A DNA stretch of 64,000 nucleotides, taken from contig JBEKFM010000009.1 in assembly GCA_050013315.1 (NCBI GenBank), forward strand, positions 148-64,147, read 5' to 3'. The position numbers and the translations under genes are program-made. Source of the stretch: Candidatus Bathyarchaeia archaeon (lineage in GTDB: Archaea; Thermoproteota; Bathyarchaeia; Bathyarchaeales; Bathycorpusculaceae). Each line of letters begins with the position of its first letter. Position 1 is the stretch's first letter. Of the stretch, positions 8,953-17,672 are shown in pieces. Below the pieces are notes generated by a model, which made no database searches, was not told the DNA's origin, and worked only from the letters and a program-made list of their open reading frames with translations.

Positions 8953-9166
8953 CCCCTACCCCTAAGCTATAGCTGACCATCCCCGCTAATTATCGGTTTG
9001 AAAAAAGACGTTTTGGACGGCAATAACTTTCAATGATGTTTAATAACGGCGTTATAATTGGTTAGTTAACGGCTTGGAAAACCCATGTCTAAATCATTCA
9101 TGAAATAGCCGACTACAAACGCCGACCCAAAATCAAATTTAACGGAAAAATTGCCCTATGTAGCAC
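8953..9166 (+). repeat. Non-coding module A (CCCCTACCCC / AAAAAAGACGTTTT / TTGCCCTATGTA.CAC)
   Basis: Same three boxes in the same order at 16049-16258; box2-box3 spacing 150 bp in both. Confidence 0.75.
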
Positions 9167-9824
9167 ATATGGTGCGTGGCTCTTCATGATTTAATTTGTT
9201 TTTTGTTGTTTGTTTGCGTTAATAGCCATGCTGTTTAGTGCTATTCCAGATTGCTCCATTCTAAACGCCTATATACAGTTTAAAAGGCTAAAATGGGATT
9301 TAAACGTTGTTGCATATCGTAAATATCCATAAACAATATGGCTTAGTTAATCATCTGATTAAACGTTGAACAGTCCATAAACCGAACAGTAACCGAAATT
9401 TAAACAACTGATTAAACCCGTAACTAATCAGGTTAATCTATCAATCAAATTCATGAGTGCCAATACATAACAGCGTTATAAGACTAATGGTTAGTTCGAC
9501 TAACTACGACTTATATATTCATACAAACTAAGCCCAAAACAAAGCCCATTTGCCAAAAGCACTCCCCTATAGGCTGTACAATAGACTTCGAAAACAACAA
9601 TAGCGTCCGTATTTTAACATGATGGATAATCGTGGTTGGTTACTTATTATAAGGTTGGTTAATCGTGGTTGGTTTAGTGATTAGGGCTTTAATAGAAGAG
9701 TTAGCCGTTTAGGGCTGGTTTAGTGAATTGGGTTTAGGGCTTCGTTCTTTATATAGAGTTGGTTAACGGGGCTTGATTCATGGTTAGTTTGGCTAACGGA
9801 CTTACAAATTTTGTTTAATGTTAG

Positions 9825-9878
9825 CATAAGATTTAAATACTCGTGTTACAACTTGTAACGGTTACTGACAACCGTTAC
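9825..9878 (+). promoter_or_regulatory. Element promoter with overlapping inverted repeats (operator)
   Basis: CATAAGATTTAAATA then GTTACAACTTGTAAC and GTAACGGTT...AACCGTTAC. Confidence 0.6.
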
Positions 9879-9910
9879 TAATAAAGGTTTCGGTTTAGGC
9901 TAAATAGAAG

Positions 9911-10309
9911 ATGGTTAAAATGAAGAAAGAACAAACAAAAGTTATGCGCGTTCCAGAATCAGTCTATGAATTTTGGGACTTTCTTGAAAAATACACAGGT
10001 AAATCTAAAGTTGAAAATCAAAAAGAACTTTGTGGTGTTTTAACTCAATTATGTGCCAGACACGACACTAACAAATTCAATTTAGTTTTTGAGTACAGCT
10101 TATTTCCAGAGGCATGCGTCAAAATCACGACTGAAGGCTTATCGAGTTTTGTTATTGGGCAAGTCCCAGAAAGTGAAATGGAGCGTAAAGAACGATTCCA
10201 AGATGTAGCCTTATCAATCGCTGAAGTAAACGGCAAATCCGTGAAAGTCACAGAAAATAAATGTGGTCTCGTCAATTGCGGAATGCATCCACAGAAGAAA
10301 GAGGAATAA
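9911..10309 (+). CDS. Putative ribbon-helix-helix regulator
   Basis: N-terminal TKVMRVPESVYEFWDFLEKYTGKSK strand-helix-helix pattern. Confidence 0.55.
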   Translation: MVKMKKEQTKVMRVPESVYEFWDFLEKYTGKSKVENQKELCGVLTQLCARHDTNKFNLVFEYSLFPEACVKITTEGLSSFVIGQVPESEMERKERFQDVALSIAEVNGKSVKVTENKCGLVNCGMHPQKKEE

Positions 10310-10312
10310 AAT

Positions 10313-11089
10313 ATGAATGAAGAACAGAAAAAAATTACTAAAATATCAGGTACCTCAGAAGAAATTCGTGAGGCGTTAAAAGGAAATAAAGTCGAAATAG
10401 GGCTTGACATTGATGGTCGAGACCCTAAACAAGTTGATTTTTTAAGGGAAGTGCTGAATAAACCAAGCCCTAATGACAACGTTGACCTAAAAGAGGAAAA
10501 CGAGGATTTACGGAATAAACTCGCCATAATCGCTGAGAAACGGCTGGATGAAAAACGCAAAATTGTAACTAATAAAATTAACAGTTTAATCCGTGACCCA
10601 TCTCGCCGAGCAGAAATGCTTGAGAAATTAAAAACTGATACCCCAGATGGAGTGTCGGCGATGGATACAACCATGAAAATTCTTGAGGAACAGTTAGCCA
10701 ATAAAAACCAACGTTTCGAACCCGCTGGAAGCGCACCTATGAACGCTCAACAAATGGGCTATGGACAGCAATCAACTGACTTAATGCATAGGAAATTTGC
10801 CAATATTGAAGAGGCTATTGCAACCCTTCAAACTGAAAGGCGAAAAGGTAACCAAGAAGCTAACGAACTTTTGAATTTGTTGTGGAAAAAAGGTTTGGGC
10901 GCATGGCGCGAAGCTGGTCATCCGAGCCAGACTTATAGTCCCGACTCAAACATGGAGAAATCAAACGCTGTTCCCGACATCAATTTTGAGAATCCGAAAG
11001 TAAGCAGAGAAAGCGGTTTTCCACAAATTAAGAAAAGCCCATACAATTATTCAAAGACCCATAATGCGGCTGGGCAAAAGAGAGAGTAA
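10313..11089 (+). CDS. Hypothetical coiled-coil protein (scaffold-like)
   Basis: 258-aa ORF with SD GAGG, charged heptads. Confidence 0.75.
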   Translation: MNEEQKKITKISGTSEEIREALKGNKVEIGLDIDGRDPKQVDFLREVLNKPSPNDNVDLKEENEDLRNKLAIIAEKRLDEKRKIVTNKINSLIRDPSRRAEMLEKLKTDTPDGVSAMDTTMKILEEQLANKNQRFEPAGSAPMNAQQMGYGQQSTDLMHRKFANIEEAIATLQTERRKGNQEANELLNLLWKKGLGAWREAGHPSQTYSPDSNMEKSNAVPDINFENPKVSRESGFPQIKKSPYNYSKTHNAAGQKRE

Positions 11090-11104
11090 AAGAGGTAATT
11101 AAAT

Positions 11105-11587
11105 ATGGCAAAACTACAAACTTTGGAAGAAGCAGTTTCAGAATTTAATGTAGCTAATCCCAAAACTCCGTTAATGAAGAAACTTGTAGTTCCGACACTC
11201 AGCTTTAAAATTTTGCAGTCCGACAACGGCGAATCCATTGACAGCGATTCTTGGCAAGTTGAAAATGTAACCTTTAAAGTGCTTCCCGAAGCGAAATTAG
11301 CTAACTCATTTTTGACTGTTAGGCGAAGCAAGCAAGCTGACCGAGGGTACGAATTAGTAATTTATCGTCACCAATATATCGATGCTGACCACGGTTGGGC
11401 AATTAGCGGAATTGACATGACAAGTTCTGAGGAAGGCTTAGAAATTTCCCGCGCAAAAGCAAGGAAAATAACGGCTTCTCAAACGGCTAAAATACTTAAC
11501 GACAAAACTAAGCTGACATGGCTCAGGTTTAGAAACGGCAATAAATTGGAAATGCCAGCGGTTAGCACTTTCCAAATGGAGAGATAA
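11105..11587 (+). CDS. Hypothetical protein
   Basis: SD GAGGT, operonic spacing. Confidence 0.75.
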   Translation: MAKLQTLEEAVSEFNVANPKTPLMKKLVVPTLSFKILQSDNGESIDSDSWQVENVTFKVLPEAKLANSFLTVRRSKQADRGYELVIYRHQYIDADHGWAISGIDMTSSEEGLEISRAKARKITASQTAKILNDKTKLTWLRFRNGNKLEMPAVSTFQMER

Positions 11588-11698
11588 GCTAAGTGCCATG
11601 TGAAGGGAAATCGTTCTCAAATTACGAGAAAGAAGAAGCTGAACAGTATCGTCAAACTCACGGTAATAATCCAATAAAAAAGAAGGTGAAATAAAAAC

Positions 11699-11995
11699 AT
11701 GAGTGAAAATTACCCAAATAGCGACCCAGACCGACACTTTATTCTTGATGCCGCTGACCAATTAGCACAGATTAGGTCAAAAAAGGCAAAGATGTTAGCT
11801 ACTCAATTAGTGCCAAATCCAGCTAATGACGCACGGAAAGCTGGAAAAGATGACGGGAATAAAGCAGAGCAAGACCTAAGCGAAGAATATCCAGTTGAGG
11901 AAATGGAATCCATTAGGGAACCGCAAAAAATCGGTAAACCAGCACCTACACCTGTCATCGAAGATGAGGACGATATGCCCTCAGAGGATGAATAA
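11699..11995 (+). CDS. Hypothetical acidic disordered protein
   Basis: SD AGGTGA, acidic C-terminus. Confidence 0.65.
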   Translation: MSENYPNSDPDRHFILDAADQLAQIRSKKAKMLATQLVPNPANDARKAGKDDGNKAEQDLSEEYPVEEMESIREPQKIGKPAPTPVIEDEDDMPSEDE

Positions 11996-12137
11996 TTCAA
12001 GTCACACGGCACTTTGAGTCACTACTTTGTGTCAGACTTCAAGGGGCTGGGTTATGGGACTCCACTCATTGTCCCAGTCTCTCCAATTTATCCCGCTTTA
12101 ATGGGGACAATAATCAGTAAAAAAGGAGTAAAAAACT

Positions 12138-12263
12138 ATGAATAAAGGTCAAAAAGAAAAGAAAACTAAGGTATTACAAACAAAGGAACTTCCTACAGAG
12201 GAATTGAAAGTTGTCTTGTTTAGATGGCTCTCTGTATGCGAACCGAAAAAGGATGATGATTAA
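12138..12263 (+). CDS. Small protein (41 aa) missed by the ORF track
   Basis: SD AAGGAG, MNKGQKEKK...KKDDD, stop 1 nt before the next ATG. Confidence 0.5.
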   Translation: MNKGQKEKKTKVLQTKELPTEELKVVLFRWLSVCEPKKDDD

Positions 12264-12264
12264 A

Positions 12265-12804
12265 ATGTCAAGTGAAGACGACAATAATGATTCAGAGAAC
12301 GAAAACTCGGAAAACATGGAAGAAAATACAGAGGAACCCTCAGATATTGACCAATCTGAAGATATTCCAGAGGAACTTTCTTATAAGGAAAAACTTAACG
12401 CTTACTTCGATGAAGTTGAGAAACTATATGGAATAGAAGAAGCCAACAAAATCAGAGCAAAAATCAACGCCGCTAAACAACTATCCATGTTTCTGGATTC
12501 TATGGAATTTGAGAATGAATATAGGGAAAAAATATTCGGGTTACTACAGAAAACGGAAGACGATTCCCAACTGATTCAAGAGCGGGCTTTAAAATGCATA
12601 GACAAATCGATGGAAAGTATAGCTAAACACGATGAGTTAAGCAAAAACTTCTTTGAACGGGTTTGGAAGAGCATAGAAGACAGCGATAAACGTGATGAGG
12701 AACTTAGCGGATTAGTTAAGGAACTTGCCCAGAAAATCGATGCAAGGTCGGAAGAGAGACATCAATTAAAAATACAGCTTCTTAAAAAGGGGAATAGTAG
12801 TTAA
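12265..12804 (+). CDS. Hypothetical acidic coiled-coil protein
   Basis: Acidic N-terminus, helical C-terminus; stop overlaps the next ATG. Confidence 0.7.
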   Translation: MSSEDDNNDSENENSENMEENTEEPSDIDQSEDIPEELSYKEKLNAYFDEVEKLYGIEEANKIRAKINAAKQLSMFLDSMEFENEYREKIFGLLQKTEDDSQLIQERALKCIDKSMESIAKHDELSKNFFERVWKSIEDSDKRDEELSGLVKELAQKIDARSEERHQLKIQLLKKGNSS

Positions 12805-13451
12805 TGAGCAGTCAACAACTTAGCCAAATACTTACATGCCCCTATTGTAACGATGATAGAGTTGTTCGACACGGCTTAGACCACACCCAAACCAGACAGA
12901 GATTTTTATGTCGCTTATGCAACAAGAACTTCTTTGTTACGCTTACAGATACCCCACAAATAGTTATTCCAAAGAAGCGAGTTAGAAAAACCATTCAAAT
13001 TCCAAAGCCTACTGTGGAATCTGCTGTTAAATGCCCTACCTGTGGCAGTACAAACTTAAGGAAAAACGGTTGGAACAGGTCACATACGAGACAAAGATTT
13101 CTATGCAAAGGCTGTAAAATAAATTTTAGGTACCCATCAATTGAATGTACTAACTACCCTCATCAGCATAGTCGAAGTTCACAAACTATGGGGATTAAAG
13201 AAGCCGCAAAATCAAAGATGGCTTCGAACCGAGTAATTCACCTATCACATTTAACGGTTGACAGTTGCTTAGGAATTCCGTGTTTTCTTACTTGTGAAGT
13301 CCCTGATTGTGAACCTGAATTTTGCGAACGATTGTCCGAATATCTGGGTAGCCCATCAATCCACAAGTATGTTCCTAAAATTGAAGAGTTTGAATTGAGT
13401 GAGGATAACAAAAACGGCTGGTCAGTTGATGAAAGGAGAAGTGGTTTATAA
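12804..13451 (+). CDS. Protein with two IS1 InsA-like zinc ribbons and a C-terminal Cys cluster
   Basis: CPYC...VVRHG...RQRFLCRLC and CPTC...RKNG...RQRFLCKGC. Confidence 0.75.
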   Translation: MSSQQLSQILTCPYCNDDRVVRHGLDHTQTRQRFLCRLCNKNFFVTLTDTPQIVIPKKRVRKTIQIPKPTVESAVKCPTCGSTNLRKNGWNRSHTRQRFLCKGCKINFRYPSIECTNYPHQHSRSSQTMGIKEAAKSKMASNRVIHLSHLTVDSCLGIPCFLTCEVPDCEPEFCERLSEYLGSPSIHKYVPKIEEFELSEDNKNGWSVDERRSGL

Positions 13452-13945
13452 TGTGCATGTCACTTAGCGAAACTAAAAAAGGGCTTTGGGAAACTCAAGA
13501 AGACATACGGATAATTAGAGATGAGATAAATGATGCCGTTTGTGCGGAACTGGATGAAATTTGGAGCAAAATTCGTGATTTAGCCGTAGATTTATGCCCT
13601 AAAGAATCAGGTGCGCTTGCAAGTTCCATCGAAATTGAAAGCGAAGGCGGAAGTGGTGCAATAGGCAGAGGCGGGGGAAGACAAGGCGAGTTTTATAGTA
13701 ATTCAATTTGGGCGGGAAATAACGAGACATTCAACTTTGACGGTCAGCCTACTTCACAATATGCCCAGCTTGTACACGATGGACATCGAATAGGCGATGA
13801 TTGGTATGAGGGTGTTCCTTTCCTCGAAGATGCCGTGGATGCGTATGAAGACGAGTTGAATGAGGCAGTAGCAAACGCATTAGATTCATTAGAAATTGGG
13901 GATTCTAACATGCCGTCTACCGACAAATTAGGGGACGAGACTTAA
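13451..13945 (+). CDS. HK97 gp10-like phage morphogenesis protein
   Basis: CPKESGALASSI ... YAQLVHDGH ... GVPFLEDA matches the P-x-x-[TS]-G-x-L-x-x-S-I / YA-x-x-V / PFL pattern. Confidence 0.7.
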   Translation: MCMSLSETKKGLWETQEDIRIIRDEINDAVCAELDEIWSKIRDLAVDLCPKESGALASSIEIESEGGSGAIGRGGGRQGEFYSNSIWAGNNETFNFDGQPTSQYAQLVHDGHRIGDDWYEGVPFLEDAVDAYEDELNEAVANALDSLEIGDSNMPSTDKLGDET

Positions 13946-14112
13946 TGTTAACGCAAAACGAAAAGAAAACTTTAGCTTGTTTAGCTATAATTCTTGGAAC
14001 TTTTCTTACGCTGTGTGAATCCCCAGAATCAAAAGAGGAAATACTAAGGCAGTTTGAAGTAATAAAACTGAGAATTTTAGATGACTTGAGCAAAAAGGCG
14101 TATGTAAGATGA
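13945..14112 (+). CDS. Small hypothetical protein (55 aa) missed by the ORF track
   Basis: TAATG and ATGA overlaps with both neighbours. Confidence 0.6.
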   Translation: MLTQNEKKTLACLAIILGTFLTLCESPESKEEILRQFEVIKLRILDDLSKKAYVR

Positions 14113-14303
14113 TTTGTCCGAAATGCAGAAAAAAAATACTATTTACTTTGACCAATGAGCCTTTACCCATGTTTGACTTTGCCACAAACAAATGGTACCA
14201 TCAACCTTGTTGGGCTAAAATGCAACAGCGAAAAAGAACGGTTATGGAACAGAAAGCAATAACGGAGAGGCAAAAATTAATCGCGGAGTGGAACACATTT
14301 TGA
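14109..14303 (+). CDS. Small zinc-binding protein
   Basis: CPKC...WYHQPC. Confidence 0.6.
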   Translation: MICPKCRKKILFTLTNEPLPMFDFATNKWYHQPCWAKMQQRKRTVMEQKAITERQKLIAEWNTF

Positions 14304-14959
14304 TGTCATATGATTATTGGAAAAACCATACGGTAGAAGAGCACGAAGCTAAACTACGAGAAATTAACCAGCGTTATATAGAGGGCAAACTGTCACGGCA
14401 AGACGTTGAAAATGAAATTAGCCGTCTACTCGGCGAAGACAACCTAAGTTTTAAATTGCAAAACCGTTTTCTTCAAGCGGTCAATGGGGAACTTTCTGCT
14501 AAGGGAAAAGAACGCATAGGCTCTAAGCAATACTTTAATAAATGCGAGGAAATAGAGAATGAAAAAATCGCGTCAGAGTTTCCATTCGCGTTTTTCCAAG
14601 AATGCACAGTCGAGGAAATTGAGACGTTAGACCCTACTATAATTAGCCCAATGTCATTAATGTCAATCATAATTTCTGCTCTTCGCGCATACGTTGACAG
14701 CGAACAAGAGGACGACCCTAAGTGTGAAGCACTCCATAAAATCTATCTTGAGCTAAAAAATGCGCTATGTGCAGAGATTCCCTTTCCAGAAGGCGATGGT
14801 TTTCTGGATTATTTTGAGGGGCGAGAAGGCAAACTATTAGTTTCACAGTTAAAGCAGTTAGGCAAACAATGCCCAAAATGTTCAAGCACCCACATTCAAA
14901 AATATGGTTTAAAAAAATTCCATTGTGTTGACTGTGGCGGGTATTGGCGAGTCAAATAA
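14303..14959 (+). CDS. Hypothetical protein with C-terminal zinc ribbon
   Basis: CPKCSSTHIQKYG...FHCVDCG; coupled start TGATG. Confidence 0.7.
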   Translation: MSYDYWKNHTVEEHEAKLREINQRYIEGKLSRQDVENEISRLLGEDNLSFKLQNRFLQAVNGELSAKGKERIGSKQYFNKCEEIENEKIASEFPFAFFQECTVEEIETLDPTIISPMSLMSIIISALRAYVDSEQEDDPKCEALHKIYLELKNALCAEIPFPEGDGFLDYFEGREGKLLVSQLKQLGKQCPKCSSTHIQKYGLKKFHCVDCGGYWRVK

Positions 14960-15855
14960 TGGCAAATCCAACTTTTGAGGTTGACGGCTTCCATTTAGAT
15001 TTTAGGTTAATGTGGGTAAAAGAAGATACGCCGTTTTTGGGTAAAGTAGTTAAAGGCGTAGTGCTTTTAATTCCAGTTTATAACTTGTCAGAACGATGTC
15101 ATAGTTTGCTTTTCCGTGCACTTCATAGATTAAATCCACTTCCAGAAAAGGTAATATTTGCCACCAACAACAACACAGACAACACGCTGGAACTATTAGA
15201 TAAATATCAACTGCCACATGAAGTTATAGAGTTTGACAGGGAAGACGTACAAGTAGTTGGAAGATGGGATATACTCGCCTATGCACGGCAAATCCTACTT
15301 GACAGGGCAAGGAATATGGATGCTAAGTTGGCTATTTATCTTGATGACGATTGCATCCCAGAACGTAAAGATTTTATCCAGATGTACATGGACAACAACT
15401 TTGGCGTTTGTTGCGGAGCATACATTTTCGCCGACCATGACAGGATATGCGCTTTTTGGGGTTTAGACAGCAACCCAAAAGATATGCCTATCCAATTAAC
15501 TAAAGCCGACTTTCAAGATGCATATAGGCAAGGTATAGCCAAAAACAGGTTAGAATCCCAAATAAGTTTCAATTACAGCGCATTCGTTAACGACAAATCT
15601 CATCCAGACAGCATATATCTTATAGAAACAGCGGGTGGCGGAGCATTAGCGTTAGGTCAAGCCGCATTAAATGAAAGCCGATTGAACTTTTATCCAATCT
15701 ACGGGTTCCCAGACGGCACAAGTGAAGATACGTCATTTTACTGGAATGCAAATGCGCTGGGCTACAACGTTTATTTAGACTTCAAAATACGATTTCACCA
15801 TTTAGAAACAGTTTGCTTTGGCAAAGTTAAATCTCGTTCATGGCTGAGAACGTAA
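14959..15855 (+). CDS. GT-A fold glycosyltransferase (GT2/Anp1-like)
   Basis: LLIPVYN, NNNTDNT, YLDDD, SEDTSF...GY.VY.D motifs. Confidence 0.75.
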   Translation: MANPTFEVDGFHLDFRLMWVKEDTPFLGKVVKGVVLLIPVYNLSERCHSLLFRALHRLNPLPEKVIFATNNNTDNTLELLDKYQLPHEVIEFDREDVQVVGRWDILAYARQILLDRARNMDAKLAIYLDDDCIPERKDFIQMYMDNNFGVCCGAYIFADHDRICAFWGLDSNPKDMPIQLTKADFQDAYRQGIAKNRLESQISFNYSAFVNDKSHPDSIYLIETAGGGALALGQAALNESRLNFYPIYGFPDGTSEDTSFYWNANALGYNVYLDFKIRFHHLETVCFGKVKSRSWLRT

Positions 15856-15867
15856 AAATTAGTAACT

Positions 15868-16001
15868 GGGGAACTTAAACAAGCGGCTAATAAGCCAGTA
15901 TGATGAAGGCGGTTAACGGGTATCAGTTGATTCAACCAAGCCACCTGAAGAATCAAAAGATGGGGGTTCACTCTCCCATTCAAGTAGAAATTAAGTTCCC
16001 C
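15868..16001 (+). ncRNA. Candidate structured RNA
   Basis: 11-bp closing stem GGGGAACTTAA/TTAAGTTCCCC with internal hairpins and ATGATGA...CTGA boxes. Confidence 0.4.
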
Positions 16002-16048
16002 CTTACACTATAACTTAAAAAAAGAGGGAGTTTCATTAAAAAATAAAT

Positions 16049-16258
16049 CCCCTACCCCCCTTCTTCCTTTTTTATGTTAAAACTCTGGAAATAAAAAAGA
16101 CGTTTTTGGTTAGTTATTAATTGATTATCGGTTAGGATTGGCTTAGGAATTGGTTCAGATAACTATGCCGAAACGCCTTTGAAATTGATTAATTAATCAT
16201 CTGATTAAAATGCCGTGTCCAATTTTAAAATTAACCCAAAAGTTGCCCTATGTACCAC
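16049..16258 (+). repeat. Non-coding module B (copy of module A)
   Basis: CCCCTACCCC 16049, AAAAAAGACGTTTT 16093, TTGCCCTATGTACCAC 16243. Confidence 0.75.
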
Positions 16259-16396
16259 TTTTAGAGGCTTTTTGGCTGTTTTAGGCTGTTTTTAGCCACT
16301 TTTTGGTCGAATAACCTCGAATCTGAGTCTTTTTAAGGCTATTTGCCATATCCTAAAGTAAAAAAACAATGGATAAAATGCGAGGCGAGAACAAAA

Positions 16397-17521
16397 ATGT
16401 CAAAAAACACAAATAATGAACGGGTTCATAGCGATAATTCAATTGCGGCAATATTGGCAGACATTAAAGAACACTTAGGCATTGTTTTAGTTGCTGAAGC
16501 TGGACACGGCAAAAGCTACACGGCGTTTAGCATAGTAAAAGAAGCACTCAACGACCCCAACTTAACCGTTATCGTCATGTCGCCGTCTGCAATCTGGAAG
16601 AGAAATTACGGAGCTATTCAATGCGTTAAAGTAGGCACTTACGAGTTTAACCCGATAATCCCACATGAAGAAACAAAGTTAGAAGTTACGCCTTACCTTA
16701 GAGATTCAATACACATAGACCTTGATAAGAAATGGACATACGTTAAAAGCGCATGGCTTGAAAACTTACTGAAATCTAAACAGAGTTTGCTATTTGACAT
16801 CAAGTATAAAAACGGTAGAAGAATCAAGGCTTTTGAGACAGTCGTCTTAGAGTTTCTTTATGATATGCAATCGGCAGAGATAGACAGAGACCCAGACTAT
16901 AAGCATCATTACCTTATCGTTTTAGAAGAAATCCAAAACTGTTTTGGCACTTACTCAATGAATGCAGACGACAGCTTAGAACTATTCACGATTTTTACTC
17001 AATCACGGTCAGACGCTAACCTTCATTATGTTGCAATCGGTCAACGGTTAAATGATATTTCTTGCAAAGTGGTTGAACGTCTTAGACCGTTCATTGGCTT
17101 AACTTTAGGCGAGAATAGCCTTAGAAAATTGAAATCCATGATTCCAGACCCAGAGACAAAAGCACGAATTCAGAGTTTGCCACAGCGACATTGGATTTAT
17201 CTCGATGGAAAACTTAACCCAGAAATAGAAATTCCAGAGTACCACAAAGAGGGAAAAGCAATAATCATTAAGCCAACAATTAAACCACAGCCTAAGAAAC
17301 TTAGCCTAATTAATCGATTCCAAAACTACATGGCTAAACAAAAATTGATTAACCAACAACGTTACTATCAACAATTGAGACGGCAACAACTGATAAATAC
17401 CGAAAAGCAAACAGATGATGACGACCCATCGATTAACAACCCAGACGACCCAGAGGCAACAGGTGAATCCGATTTAGAAGAGGATTTAGGGTTATTAAGC
17501 GATAATGACATGGGTTGGTAA
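16397..17521 (+). CDS. FtsK/HerA-superfamily P-loop ATPase (packaging/transfer-type)
   Basis: Walker A AEAGHGKS, Walker B LIVLEE, SR arginine finger followed by hhhGQ; acidic tail. Confidence 0.75.
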   Translation: MSKNTNNERVHSDNSIAAILADIKEHLGIVLVAEAGHGKSYTAFSIVKEALNDPNLTVIVMSPSAIWKRNYGAIQCVKVGTYEFNPIIPHEETKLEVTPYLRDSIHIDLDKKWTYVKSAWLENLLKSKQSLLFDIKYKNGRRIKAFETVVLEFLYDMQSAEIDRDPDYKHHYLIVLEEIQNCFGTYSMNADDSLELFTIFTQSRSDANLHYVAIGQRLNDISCKVVERLRPFIGLTLGENSLRKLKSMIPDPETKARIQSLPQRHWIYLDGKLNPEIEIPEYHKEGKAIIIKPTIKPQPKKLSLINRFQNYMAKQKLINQQRYYQQLRRQQLINTEKQTDDDDPSINNPDDPEATGESDLEEDLGLLSDNDMGW

Positions 17522-17672
17522 GTTCCAAAAACTTTTATTATTAAAAAAGAGGGAAAAATGAGGCTTTATCTGTTAGCTACGCTGTCAAGAGCCATGTTTG
17601 CAATGTCGGGCTTTTGATTTGTTTTCCTCAATTCGGCTAAGATTTGCAATAAAATTTCGTCCGTTGTCATGC

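Noticed and set aside
9106-9190. Paralogous peptides encoded in modules A and B
   Set aside because: The equivalent frame in module B lacks a comparable start and is closed by nearby stops; conservation is not codon-like
10045-10701. 218-aa minus-strand ORF and similar antisense ORFs throughout
   Set aside because: Antisense shadows of well-supported genes
12804-13451. IS1 insertion sequence
   Set aside because: No DDE transposase domain, terminal repeats or target duplication
15900-15952. Hammerhead ribozyme (TGATGA-stem-GAAG)
   Set aside because: Core should be CUGANGA...GAAA with stems I and III; here ATGATGA/GAAG and no NUH cleavage junction
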